From: Octopus sinensis
Taxonomy: Eukaryota
Reading direction: 5' to 3'
Assembly (NCBI RefSeq): GCF_006345805.1
Contig: NC_043024.1
Coordinates: forward strand, 15,128,001-15,192,000
Length of the DNA stretch: 64,000 bases
Shown here: positions 11,230 through 22,825 of the stretch, piece after piece
Layout of the letters: each line of letters opens with the position of its first letter
Numbering within the stretch: position 1 is the stretch's first letter
Translations under genes and position numbers: made by a program
Notes under the pieces: generated by a model
Database searches by the model: none
Seen by the model: the letters and a program-made list of their open reading frames with translations, nothing else
Told to the model about the DNA's origin: nothing

Positions 11230-12390
11230 AGCCATAACGTTTCATTCAGAGCTGAGGAAGAAAGGAAAAAAACCTGAGGATTAGCATAGTAAGCAGAACA
11301 CAACAACTGAATTGAAATAATTGTGTGGTAAGAACAAAATATTATGATGAAATGGCAGAAACTGTGGAATTATCAAATGGTGAAAAACTGGAAATAATGT
11401 TGGAGGGGAGACCCCCAAAAAGTTACGGATGTGGTGAAAGAGGGCACCTGAGAAGGAAATGCCCTAGAGCGGCAGTGGAAATTGTGGAAGAGTGTGTTTA
11501 GGAAGATATAGTGGTGGGGAAAAAAGCAGAAACAGAAAACAGAACAGGATGGGGATTTTGCGGAGGTAAAACCCAGGAAAAGAGAGAGAAGAAAGTCACT
11601 GATGACAGTGGAATTGAAGAAGAATAAAGGAATGGAAGATGAAACCCAACCCATGATGAGAAATGGAGGAAATTTACCAGTGGAAGTACCAGCAAAGGGA
11701 TTTAAAGTACAGAGTCATTCAGACCAGAAACAAGACAACCCAGAATTATGGAAACCTAAAAACATAGACAGAGACGAAACACGTAGAGTTACAGTCAAAC
11801 GAACACACAGACTTAGAGACAAATATACAAGAACACGCAAACCAGCAGGAAAATAGAAACGAAAAGAGACCACATGAAAAACACGAACAAAAAGAAAATT
11901 ATAGTGAGATGGGACACCCCAATGTAAAGGATTGTAAAGGTGAAAGACATTGTGAGGGGCAGAAGAGGTAAGTCGATGTAATTTTGTAAAGACTATAACT
12001 AGGGAAAGTATTTATTTGAACTTTTAAGGAAAAAAGTTTGTAAAATGTTGCCAAAATGTTTTTAAAAAATATTGTAATAAACATTTGGTTGACTTTAGTT
12101 TAAAAAAAAAGAAAAGATAAGAAGTAAATACTATACGAATAATTGTTTAAAAGGTGTATAATCGTAAAGCTAAAGTGAAAAGGGAATTCATGGTTTCGCC
12201 TCGGAGCGAGGCTAGAGGTTGTGTAAAAGTTTAAGGAAAAAGAATCCACAGATTCATCTTGTAGCGGGAGTGAGGTGGCCATCTCATTTGCATTGTAAAT
12301 TATTCATTTCACATACATATGTTTTATGTTCCCGCATGTCTTTGTATGTCCCCTCTGTAATTAGACCTTGTGTCTGTAATAAAGAATTAA
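11230..12390 (+). mobile_element. Degenerate retroelement with gag/ORF1-like CCHC zinc knuckle and 3' AATAAA
   Basis: 11352-11503 reads MAETVELSNGEKLEIMLEGRPPKSYGCGERGHLRRKCP (knuckle with first Cys mutated to Ser), then a purine-rich E/K-coding stretch and AATAAA near 12380. Confidence 0.55.
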
Positions 12391-12820
12391 TCTCTAATGG
12401 ACAGGTGTTCACCACTGAAGATGGACACAAATAGCCCCAAACTGTATGGTCTGGCGATTCCCTTGTATGCTAGAAGGTGGCAGGGGTTCACTCCCTTGCT
12501 TGCAATATAAACCAGGTGCAGATTGCTTCAACAACCAGCTGGAGTAGACTCCTCCTGGGGTTAAAAATGGCAGTAATGTTGATTTCCATGGAACAGCCAT
12601 ATTGATGTGGCAATAAATATTACTTTCCAGTATACATACTACTTTTGTCTCTTAAAAAGATTTTCTAACAAGCAACTTTGCTTGTTTAAATTAAAATCTT
12701 CCATCAAAATTAATTTTATTACATATTGCCAAACACTAGGTTAATAACAAAGTTATTTTAATAAATTCTTCACAATTTTCAAAATTGGTTTTAAAACAGT
12801 GTATTTCAACAAAAATACAT

Positions 12821-13460
12821 AGGTGAAGGAGTGGCTGTGTGGTAAGTAGCTTGCTTACCAACCAAATGGTTCCAGGTTCATTCCCACTCCATGGCACCTT
12901 GGGCAAGTGTCTTCTACTATAGCCTCGGGCCGACCATAGCCTTGTGAATGGATTTGGTAGACAGAAACTGAAAGAAGTCCGTTGTATATATGTATATATA
13001 TACACATATGAATCCTTTTTCAAAATGTGACCGTGTGTGTACTGTTGGCGATTTTTTTCCTTTGTCTTCCCTTCTCTGGATCTTTCCTTCTCCTATGTTT
13101 CCGACGAAGAGCTCCACTCGAAACGTTAAACCCTCCTTCTTTCCTTCTTTCCTGAGCATCCAATAATACTATATTTGTTCCACGTCCTCGCATTGTTGTG
13201 TTTTTTTGTGCTTTCTTGTTTGGATTAACTGTATATATATATGTGTGTGTTTGTGTGTATGTGTTTGTCTCCCAACATCGCTTGACAACCGATGCTGGTG
13301 TATTTACATCCCCGTAACTTAGCGGTTCAGCAAAAGAGACCAATAGAATAAGTACTAGGTTTACAAAGAATAAGTCCTGGGGTCGATTTGCTCGACTAAA
13401 GGCAGTGCTCCAGCATGGCTGCAGTCAAATGACTGAAACAAGTAAAAGAGAGTAAAAGAG
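12821..13460 (+). mobile_element. SINE-A carrying a ~220-bp hammerhead cassette (13011-13230) in its TA linker
   Basis: Both SINE halves intact on either side of the cassette. Confidence 0.85.
13097..13131 (+). ncRNA. Minimal type-I hammerhead ribozyme motif, family A (U4C variant)
   Basis: gttt-CCGACGA-a-gagctccactc-GAA-ACGT-T-aaac. Confidence 0.5.
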
Positions 13461-13887
13461 TAAAAAAATATGGTAACAAAAGCATCATTAATGATAGGTA
13501 TTTTACTAAATTCTTCATTAATTTCAAAATGAATTGAAACAGCAGCTGTGTTCTTCAGAAAGATCAAAATAAAAGGGTTATTAATGACAAAGTTATTTTA
13601 CTAAATTCTTCAATAATTAATTGAAACAGAGGTGATCTGTTTCAACAATATGATAGGAAAATGGTGAAGGAGAACCGTTTGTTATTCATGTGAGTTCCGG
13701 AGGTGACGAATGACCTTGAAGCTTTCAGTTTGACAGCAAGAAATCGGCAGAAGGTTTTACAAATATTGGAGATGTTGAACTTGTGTTATTTGAGCTCCTT
13801 GATGTTACACACTCTCACACACACACACGCATGCATCCACACACATTCAAGTAAGTTTTGTCTTCTAATTATGTATATATATATATA

Positions 13888-14208
13888 GTGAGGGCGCGTG
13901 GCTTAGTGGTTAGGGCATTCGGCTCATGATCGTAAGGTTATGAGTTCGATTCCCGGCGATGCGTTGTGTCCTTGAGCAAGACACTTTATTTCACGTTGCT
14001 CCAGTCCACTCAGCTGGCAAAAATGAGTTGTACTTGTATTTCAAAGGGTCAGCCTTGTCACTCTCTGTGTCACGCTGATTATCCCCGAGAACTACGTTAA
14101 GGGTACATGTGTCTGTGGAATGCTCAGCCATTTGCACGTTAATTTCACGAGCAAGCTGTTCCGTTGATCGTATCAGCTGGGACCCTCGTCGTCGTAACCG
14201 GCGGAGTC
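13888..14208 (+). mobile_element. SINE-B, full length
   Basis: A box TGGCTTAGTGG, B box GAGTTCGATTCC, core GTGTCCTTGAGCAAGACAC. Confidence 0.88.
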
Positions 14209-14470
14209 TATTTTTTTTTTTTATATATATATATATACTGGTATTGTATGCATGAGTGTGTGTATGAGTGTGAATATACAGGTAGGTATGTGTATATGTA
14301 TATGTATATATGTTTATATATATATATGCAAATATAAAAGTAAATATATGTATATATGCATTTTCATGTGTACATATATTTGCATGTATGTGTATGCATA
14401 TGTGCATATGTGTGTATGCATATCTGTATGCACATGTGTGTGAATATATATGCAAACATAGGTGTGTATG

Positions 14471-15154
14471 AACATTATTTACATTTGATGGATATTTGTC
14501 CCCATCTTTGTTGTTAACATGTTTCGGCCTTCTTCAGGTGTCTTGGGGAAATTTCGAACCTGGGTTCTCATTCCTAAGGTATTTTTCCATGTTGTTGTTG
14601 TTATTATTATTATTATTTTTTTTTTTTTTCTTGACTGGGGTCAAACGTATGAAGCCCAGTATACCCATCATGACTACCCGTCTGATAAGGGTACATTAGG
14701 CACATGCATCACAACCAAATGTGCGCGACATGGTGATCTCATATTAAGATAAACAGCACACGACCTTGCAGGTGGGGACCAGTTAGAATATTCTTTTGGT
14801 CAAGTAACCAATCCTGCTCAAAAGGTCCTTGAATAAGGATTGTTTAAGGATATTGAACGAAACACCCATGTTTCCAAAGGTGAATTATCCAAACCTCTAA
14901 GAATTCCTTTCAACACACGGCTATGATGTTCCCCACTACTTCTGCTCGTGATCAGAGATGCACATATCGCCAGCCATTAAGGGACATGCTCAACTGGTTA
15001 AGGTCAAACAACTGACAAGCAAATCTGTTGTATTGGGCAGAATATTTGCTGTAGCCCATCTTTTATACCAAGACAAATCAATGTACATGATAACACTTCC
15101 AATCAGTTAAGATCAGAAGCCATGAGAGACACTGTCTGGTACTGCATCAGGGCA

Positions 15155-15192
<38 letters not shown>

Positions 15193-15416
15193 TCACTGAC
15201 TGGAATCGAACTCGGAATCTTGGGGTTAGTAGCCCTGCGCTCTTAACCACTACGCCTTATGCCCGTGGCCATATGATGAAGACACCTGATGAAGGGTTGA
15301 GAGTATATCAGTCAAAACATTGTGTTAACAACAAACAAGAGGAGGACAAATATCTGTCAAATGTAAATAATGTAAATAATGTACATAATTCCTCATCTCT
15401 TAAATATAGAACTGTA
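14471..15416. mobile_element. Palindromic tRNA-headed/hammerhead-tailed element, interrupted by a TAA-targeted insert
   Basis: Tail (minus) 14471-14615, insert, (TTA)n plus head (minus) 15156-15263, centre, internally deleted right arm 15267-15416; homologous to 41095-41862. Confidence 0.75.
14625..15155 (-). mobile_element. ~550-bp non-coding element inserted in (TAA)n
   Basis: Reverse complement of 52241-52787; both copies lie in TAA repeats. Confidence 0.8.
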
Positions 15417-15579
15417 TGTGTGTGTGTATGTATTATACATGTGAATGTATAATATATATATATATATACACACACATACATACATATATATTTATTTTTT
15501 TATATATACACACATATATATTTGCAAATGCACATATTTATATACTTCTACATAAATCATATTTATACAGTATCTATGT

Positions 15580-15621
<42 letters not shown>

Positions 15622-15624
<3 letters not shown>

Positions 15625-16190
15625 TCAATGTATAATACATACACACATGTTCGCATGTATATTCACAGACATGTACATACAGATATATAAATGTACATAT
15701 GCATATACATACATGCAACTATATGTATATGTATATATGTATGTATACATAATATATTTGGGTATGTATGAATGTATGTGTGTATATATATATATTATAT
15801 ATATATATATATATACATATATCAATGTATAATACATACACACATGTTCGCATGTATATTCACAGACATGTACATACAGATATATAAATGTACATATGCA
15901 TATACATACATGCAACTATATGTATATGTATATATGTATGTATACATAATATATTTGGGTATGTATGAATGTATGTGTGTGTGTATATATATATATATAC
16001 ATACACATACACACACACATATACATACATACATACATATATATCTATAAATATATAAATGTACATATGCATACACATACATGCAACTATATGTATATGT
16101 ATATATGTATGTATACATAATATATTTGGGTATGTATGAATGTATGTGTCTGTGTATATATATATATATATACATACACATACACACACA
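15622..16190. repeat. ~197-bp tandem duplication (two full copies and one partial) of a compound microsatellite block
   Basis: TCAATGTATAATACATACACACATGTTCGCATG at 15625 and 15822; downstream part repeats again near 16050. Confidence 0.85.
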
Positions 16191-16239
16191 CACATATACA
16201 TACATACATATATATATATATATAAATATATATATATAT

Positions 16240-16623
16240 ACTCTTTTACTTGTCTCAGTCATTTGACTGCGGCCATGCTGGAGCACCGCCTTTAATCGAG
16301 CAAATCGACCCCGGGACTTATTCTTTGTAAGCCCAGTACTTTTTCTATTGGTCTCTTTTCCTGAACCGGGGACATAAACACACCAGCATCGGTTGTCAAG
16401 CAATGCTATGAGGACAAACACAGACACACAAACACACACATATATATATATATATATACATATATACAACGGGCTTCTTTCAGTTTCCGTCTACCAAATC
16501 CACTCACAAGTCTTTGGTCGGCCCGAGGCTATAGTAGAAGACACTTGCCCAAGGTGTCACACAGTGGGACTGAACCCGGAACCGTGTGGTTGGTAAACAA
16601 GCCACACAGCCACTTCTGCGCCT
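16240..16623 (-). mobile_element. SINE-A
   Basis: Near-complete; small deletion in the head. Confidence 0.9.
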
Positions 16624-16643
16624 ATAAAAAAAATCACAAGGAA

Positions 16644-16715
16644 TGCGTCGGCCGGGAGTCGGACCTGGATCGACTGCTTGGAAGGCAACCATGCTAACCG
16701 TTACACCACCGACGC
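16644..16715 (-). tRNA. trnG-UCC: tRNA-Gly (anticodon TCC), possibly a variant or pseudogene
   Basis: GCGTCGG TG GTGT AACGGTTA GCAT G GTTGC CTTCCAA GCAGT CGAT CCAGG TCCGACT CCCGG CCGACGC A: 72 nt, perfect acceptor stem, T8 run about 10 nt downstream; T-loop TCCGACT and an A-C mismatch in the T stem. Confidence 0.9.
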
Positions 16716-17092
16716 CTCGCTATAGATATATATATATATATATAAATAGATATAGATACTCATACACACACATATATTTACGTATATCCATACACATATA
16801 ATGTATTACAATATATGCAAGTATGATTTAAAGAAAGGATGGCTAGGAAAGCTAGGAAGGTAGGTATATAGACAGAAGGGGGAGAAGAAGAAGAGAGTGA
16901 TGGGGAGAGATGACAGCTTAAACAAGATACCATATCTCTCGTACATGTTTGTGTCTGATTGAATAAATGGTTACTTGATTATAAATGTTTGAAGTAAGTG
17001 GCCACTTTCTGTAGTGGTTATTCACACATACATGTTTGTGTGTGTCTGTGTGTAGATATTTGTACATATGTGTATGTATATATATGTTTATT

Positions 17093-17343
17093 ACTCTCTT
17101 TTTACTTGTTTCAGTCATTTGACTGCGGCCATGCTGGAGCACCGCCTTTAATCGAGCAACTCGACCCCGGCACTTATTCTTTTGTAAGCCCAGTACTTAT
17201 TCTATCGGTCTCTTTTGCCGAACCGCTAAGTAACGGGGACATAAACACACTAGCATCGGTTGTCAAGCAATGCTAGGGGGACAAACACAGACACACAAAC
17301 ACACACACACACATATATACATATATACGACGGGCTTCTTTCA
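17093..17343 (-). mobile_element. SINE-A 3' half
   Basis: Homology to the SINE-A tail; inverted relative to the adjacent copy. Confidence 0.85.
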
Positions 17344-17366
17344 CAATGCATGTATATAACGCATTA

Positions 17367-17767
17367 GGTGCAGGAGTGGATGTGTGGTATGTAGCTTGCT
17401 TACCAGCCACATGGTTCTGGGTTCAATCCCACTGCGTGGCACCTTGGGCAAGTGTCTTCTACTATAGTCTCGAACCGACCAAAACCTTGTGAGTGGATTT
17501 GGTAGATGGAAACTGAAAGAGGCCTGTTGTATATATGTATATGTATATATATGTGCGTGTGTATTTGTGTGTCTGTTCCCCCCTCCCCCCAACATCGCTT
17601 GACAACCGATAGTTGTGTGTTTGCATCCCCGTAACTTAGTGGTTCGGCAAAAGAGACCGATAGAATAAGTACTAGGCTTACAAAGAATAAGTCCCAGGGT
17701 CGATTTTCTCGACTAAAGGCGGTGCTCCAGCATGGCCGCAGTGAAATGACTTAAACAAGTAAAAGAG
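17367..17767 (+). mobile_element. SINE-A, full length
   Basis: Homology to 526-935. Confidence 0.9.
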
Positions 17768-17999
17768 ATATATATTCATTTATTCTTTTATTTTTTAGCT
17801 TGTTTCAGTCATTTGACTGCGGCCATGCTGGAGCACCATCTTAAAGGGTTTTAGTCAAAGAAATCGACCCCCCAAGACTTTTTGTTTAAAGCCTAGTACC
17901 TATTCTATTGGTCTCTATGTCTGAACTGCTAAGTTACGGGGGACACAGATACACCAGCATCAGTTGTCAAGTGATGGTGTGGGGACAAACACAGACATA

Positions 18000-18200
18000 C
18001 ATGGCACCAATGCCAGTGGGGCGTACAAGCACCCTTTACACTCTCGGAGTGGTTGGCATTAGGAAGAGCATCCAGCCATAGAAAACTATGCCGAATCAGA
18101 CTGGAGTCTGGTGCAGCCTTCCAGCGTGCCAGCCCTGATCAGACTGTCCAACCCATTTCAGCATGGGCAACAGACGTTAAATGATGATGATGATGATGAT
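18000..18200 (+). mobile_element. RTE-LINE 3' tail fragment
   Basis: CGGAGTGGTTGGCATTAGGAAGAGCATCCAGC...(GAT)n. Confidence 0.8.
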
Positions 18201-18229
18201 ATATATATATATATATATATATATGGTGG

Positions 18230-18548
18230 GCTTCTTTCAGTTTCCATCTAGCCTATTAATTATTCTATAGGTCTCTTTTGCCAAACTGCTAAGTTATGGG
18301 GTTATACATACACCAACACTGGTTGTCAAGCAATGGCGAGGGGACAAACGCAGACACACAAATACCCACACACTCACACACACATACAACAGGTTTGTTT
18401 CAGTTTCTGTCTACCAAATCCATTCTCAAGGCTTTGGTTGGACCAAGGCTATAGTAGAAAACACTTGGCCAAGGTACCACGCAGTGGGACTGAACCTAGA
18501 ACCGTGTGGTTGGGAAGCAAGCTTTTTACCACATTGTCATGCCTGCGC

Positions 18549-18550
<2 letters not shown>
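18230..18550 (-). mobile_element. SINE-A, diverged
   Basis: Homology to SINE-A. Confidence 0.75.
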
Positions 18551-18602
<52 letters not shown>

Positions 18603-18676
18603 AGACACACAAACACACACACAAACACACACATACACACACACACACACACACGCACACACACACACATAAGAAT

Positions 18677-19055
18677 ACAGGCATGACTATATGGCTAGGG
18701 ACTTAGCTTCTTAACCACATGGTTTTGGGTTCAGTTCCACTGCATGGCACCTTGGGCAAATGTCTTTTACTATAGTCCTGGGCTAACCAATGCCTTGTAA
18801 GTGAATTTGGTAGATGAAAACTATGTGGAAGCCCATCGTATGTGTGCTTTTGTGTTTATCCTCACCCCATTCCCACCCTATTCCCACTGCTTGACAACTA
18901 GTGTTAGTTTGTTTATATGCCCTTAATTTAGCCATTTAGCAGAAAGGTGGGTGATTTAAAAATTAGTACTAGGGTTAATTTGCTTGACCAGACCCTTCAA
19001 GGTACTGCTCCAGCATGGCCAGAGTCCAATGATGGAAACAAGTAAAACATAAAGA
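18677..19055 (+). mobile_element. SINE-A, diverged
   Basis: Homology to SINE-A. Confidence 0.7.
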
Positions 19056-19109
19056 TACAATTCAATAATATATAACTGAAGGAATCTTATTCCATTCACA
19101 AAACCGTAT

Positions 19110-19610
19110 TATTTCGATACCAACCCAGCTAAAACAGCCTCTGGTTCTGTAGTATAAATGTCTTGTTTTCAAAAGTTCTGAATTAAGATCTTCTACTGAA
19201 CCTTGGTCACAATTTATGTTCCTAACACTAGCTTAATGATAACTAAGTTATTTTACTAAATTCTTTGTTATATTTCAAATTAATTGAAAGAAACACAGAG
19301 CATCTCAACAGAAATATGGTAACAAAAGGGTTAAAATATATAATAGAGAAACAATTCTTAACCATTTTGATACCAACCCGGCTGAAACTGGCTCTGGCTC
19401 TGAGTACAAATGTCTTCTTTTCATAAGTTTTGAATTAAAATCTTCCACCAAACCTTAGTCACAATTTATGTTCCTAACACTAGCTGAATGATAACTAAGT
19501 TATTTTACTAAATTCTTTGATATATTTAATGTAATTGAAAGAAACACAGAGCATCTCAACAGAAACACAGAACATCTCATAATAAATATTGTAACAAATG
19601 GGTTAAAAAA
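19110..19610. mobile_element. Two tandem piggyBac-like MITEs (~240 bp each)
   Basis: Direct repeat GATACCAACCC...GGTAACAAAAGGGTTAA; TTAA-bounded ends; further fragments near 12700, 13480, 20940, 21700, 22180. Confidence 0.6.
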
Positions 19611-19884
19611 GAGGGAAAGCAACAGTATGAGTGCAATAAAGGAGTCTGGTGGAATGTACAGTGAAAAAAAATTATTGTTAATTTTCGGATTCCAATTCTA
19701 AATTGATTTCCATTCATGAAAGCATTCTTGGTAATTAAAAACTGTCTGCTACATAACACAAGAAAAGATGAGTAAATGTAAAACTAAGACATAATTGAAA
19801 ATAAAAATGTTAAAACCATCTTATTGGGTATTTTTCTATGGTGAGTCTGGCTTGTGAAAATAACATAGTAACTGTTTCTATTTG

Positions 19885-20430
19885 TATTGGGTTGTCCGGA
19901 AAGTTCTTGCCAATTTATAGTAGCTTACCTTTCAACTTATTTTAGAATATGGTTGAGTCCATAAAATAGGATTTGACTACACCTCCATTTAGAGCACAGT
20001 TTAAGCTATCTTTTCGTGGAAGAAGGTTTACATTCCTATAACTTTGTGTTAATTCTGTAACCCTTTAAAATGGAAGATAAGAAAGTTCATTTTCGGCACT
20101 TGATGCTTTGGGAACCTGACAAAAATTGCTGCAGCTCGGCTGGGATGTGTTACCCCACCTTCCATATTCACCAGATATTGCTCCTTCGGATTTCCACTTA
20201 TTCAGGTCTCTGCAGAATAGTCTTAATGGTAAAAATTTCAATTCCTTGGATGATGTAAAAAGATACCTTGATGAATTGTTTGCCATGAAACCACCTCAGT
20301 TCTGGGAAGAGGGTATTTTCAAGTTAAAGGAAAGATGGAGACGAATGGTGCAACAAAATGGTTCATATTTGGTTGATTAAAAATGTAATGATAGGTATTT
20401 ATTGACCTTTTTCTTTACTTTAAATATTGG
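19885..20430 (+). mobile_element. Internally deleted mariner transposon
   Basis: TIR-like TATTGGGTTGTCCGGAAAGTTC; N-terminus MEDKKVHFRHLML fused to the C-terminus WDVLPHLPYSPDIAPSDFHLFRSLQNSL...W..MVQQNGSY. Confidence 0.88.
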
Positions 20431-20526
20431 CATGATGATGATGACGATGATGGAAACAATGATGATGATGATTTTGGTAATGTTGACGACAATAAAGATT
20501 CTTTTACAAGTATTGGTTTGTCTAAA

Positions 20527-20913
20527 TACTCTTTTACTCCTTTATTTGCTTCAGCCATTTGAGTGTGGCCATGCTGGAGCACCACCTTTAGCCAAACAAA
20601 TAAACCTCAGGACTCATTCTTTGTAAGCCTAGTACTTATTCTATTGGTCTATTTTGTCAAACTGCTAAGTTATGGGGTATGTAAACACACCAGCATCAGG
20701 TGTCAAGCAATGGTGGGGTGGGGGGACAAACATAGACACACAAATACACACACACACACATATATATACGACGGGCTTCTTTCAGTTTCCGTCTACCAAA
20801 TCCACTCACAAGGCTGTAGTAGAAGACACTTGCATAAAGGTGCCATGCAGTAGGACTGAACCCAGAACTGTGTGGTTGGTAAGCAAGCTACTTACCACAC
20901 AGCCACTTCTGCC
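20527..20913 (-). mobile_element. SINE-A
   Basis: Homology to SINE-A. Confidence 0.85.
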
Positions 20914-21119
20914 CTTTTCTATCTTTTTTTATCCCGTAACCCTTTTGATAAACAACTCTCTTAAACTGCTCCAGTGTCTGTGATACGAGCTTCCTGTTTT
21001 GAAGTGATTTAAATTAAAACCTTCCATAAAAATTTCATATCAATGTTCCAAACATGTTCCTTAGCAATGAGTTGTTTTTCTAAATTCTTCATTAATTTCA
21101 AAATTATTTAAAACTAGTT

Positions 21120-21680
21120 GTGATACCCGTGCCGGTGGCACGTAGGGTTTTACAGAGGAAATGATGAAGACCGAGACCGCTGAGATATGCTGTGATTATG
21201 AAGACCCGACTAATGAAGTGAGTTCATGGTTCACAGGACGGCCTGCTGTGCTAACCTTGGATCGAAGAGTGACTCGCTGTTCTTGAGGAGACCTATTGAG
21301 TCAAGTACGTCAACACCAACATCAAAATAAAAATCAAATGGAAATTGTAGTTAAGATACCTATGCCGGTGACACGTAAAAAGCACCGTCTGAATGTGACA
21401 GATGCCAGCATCACCTGACTGGCATCCGTGTCGGTAACACATAAAAGCACCAACCAATCATGGCCGTTTGCCAGCCTCCTCTGGCCCCTGTGCCAGTGGC
21501 ATGTAAAAAAACACCCACTACACTCACGGAGTGGTTGGCGTTATGAAGGGCATCCAGCTGTAGAAACACTGCCAAATCAGACTGGAGCCTGGTGCAGCCT
21601 TCGGGCTTCCCAGACCCCAGTTGAACTGTCCAACCCATGCTAGCATGGAGAACGGACGTTAAACGATGATGATGATGATG
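21120..21680 (+). mobile_element. RTE-LINE 3' end fragment
   Basis: Ends CCAACCCATGCTAGCATGGAGAACGGACGTTAAAC(GAT)n. Confidence 0.8.
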
Positions 21681-21814
21681 AAAGGCAGTATTTCAAAAGA
21701 AATATGGTAACAAAAGTGTTAAACTGATCTAACTCAAAGCCTTCAAAAATAGTTTACAAAATTCTTTGTTATTTCTAAAATTAATTTATTAAAAAGCAGT
21801 GTTTTCAGTGGAAA

Positions 21815-22170
21815 TCATCATCATCATCATCATCGTTTAACGTCCGTTCTCCATGCTAGCATGGGTTGGACGGTTCGACCGGGGATCTGTGAAGCCGGAA
21901 GGCTGCACCAGGCTCCAGTCTGATCTGGCAATGTTTCTACAGCTGGATGCCCTTCCTAACGCCAACCACTCCGTGAGTGTAGTGGGTGCTTTTTACGTGC
22001 CACCTGCACTGGAGCCAAGTGAGGCTGGCATCGGCCACGGTCGGATTGGTGCATTTTACGTGCCACCTGCACAGAAGCCAGTCGAGGCGGCACTGGATTC
22101 GGCCACGATTCGGATAGTGCTTTTTATGTGCCACCGACACGGAAGCCAGTTGAGGCTGCGCTGGCATCAG
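21815..22170 (-). mobile_element. RTE-LINE 3' tail fragment
   Basis: Close match to 34290-34570. Confidence 0.85.
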
Positions 22171-22825
22171 CCAATAGTAACAAAAGTGTTAAAGTGATCT
22201 AAATTATTATTTCAATCAAAATTTCATGTCAGTTTATGTTCCAAAGAACAGCTTGATAATTGCAAAGTTATTTTACTAAATTTTCCTTTATTTTCAAAAT
22301 ACTGTGAAACAAGGACAGTGTTTTACAGTAGAAATACGGATACTAAATTGTTGAGTTTGACCAAATAGTTACCTCCAAGATTGTAGTTTTCATTAACTAC
22401 TACTGAAAATTTAGAAACACACAAGGAGAGAGATGGGGAGGGAGAGAGAGAGATAGAAACAGACAGAGAGAGTTTCTATTTACTTCTATGTAAAAATAAT
22501 TATCTGTCTGTTATTAATTCTTGCAAAGAAGTAAATAGTTCTTTGATTCAGTGAACAAAGAACTGTTATCAGTCATTCTTTTCCTCTTTTATCAGTTCTA
22601 AGCACTTACAGAAGAATTTTCTTTAATATTCTTTACTGTATTGATTTAAAAAAAAAAAAGATATTTAATAAAAATGAGTGAATGGCCAAATACACTGATA
22701 GCATTTGAAATTATTGCACTTGATTTGTGCTAACATGACTGACAATCAGTCGAGGCAAAACAGAAATATGTACTGATTATACACCATCAGCATAGGTGTA
22801 TATGTGTGGAGGCGCAATGACTCAG

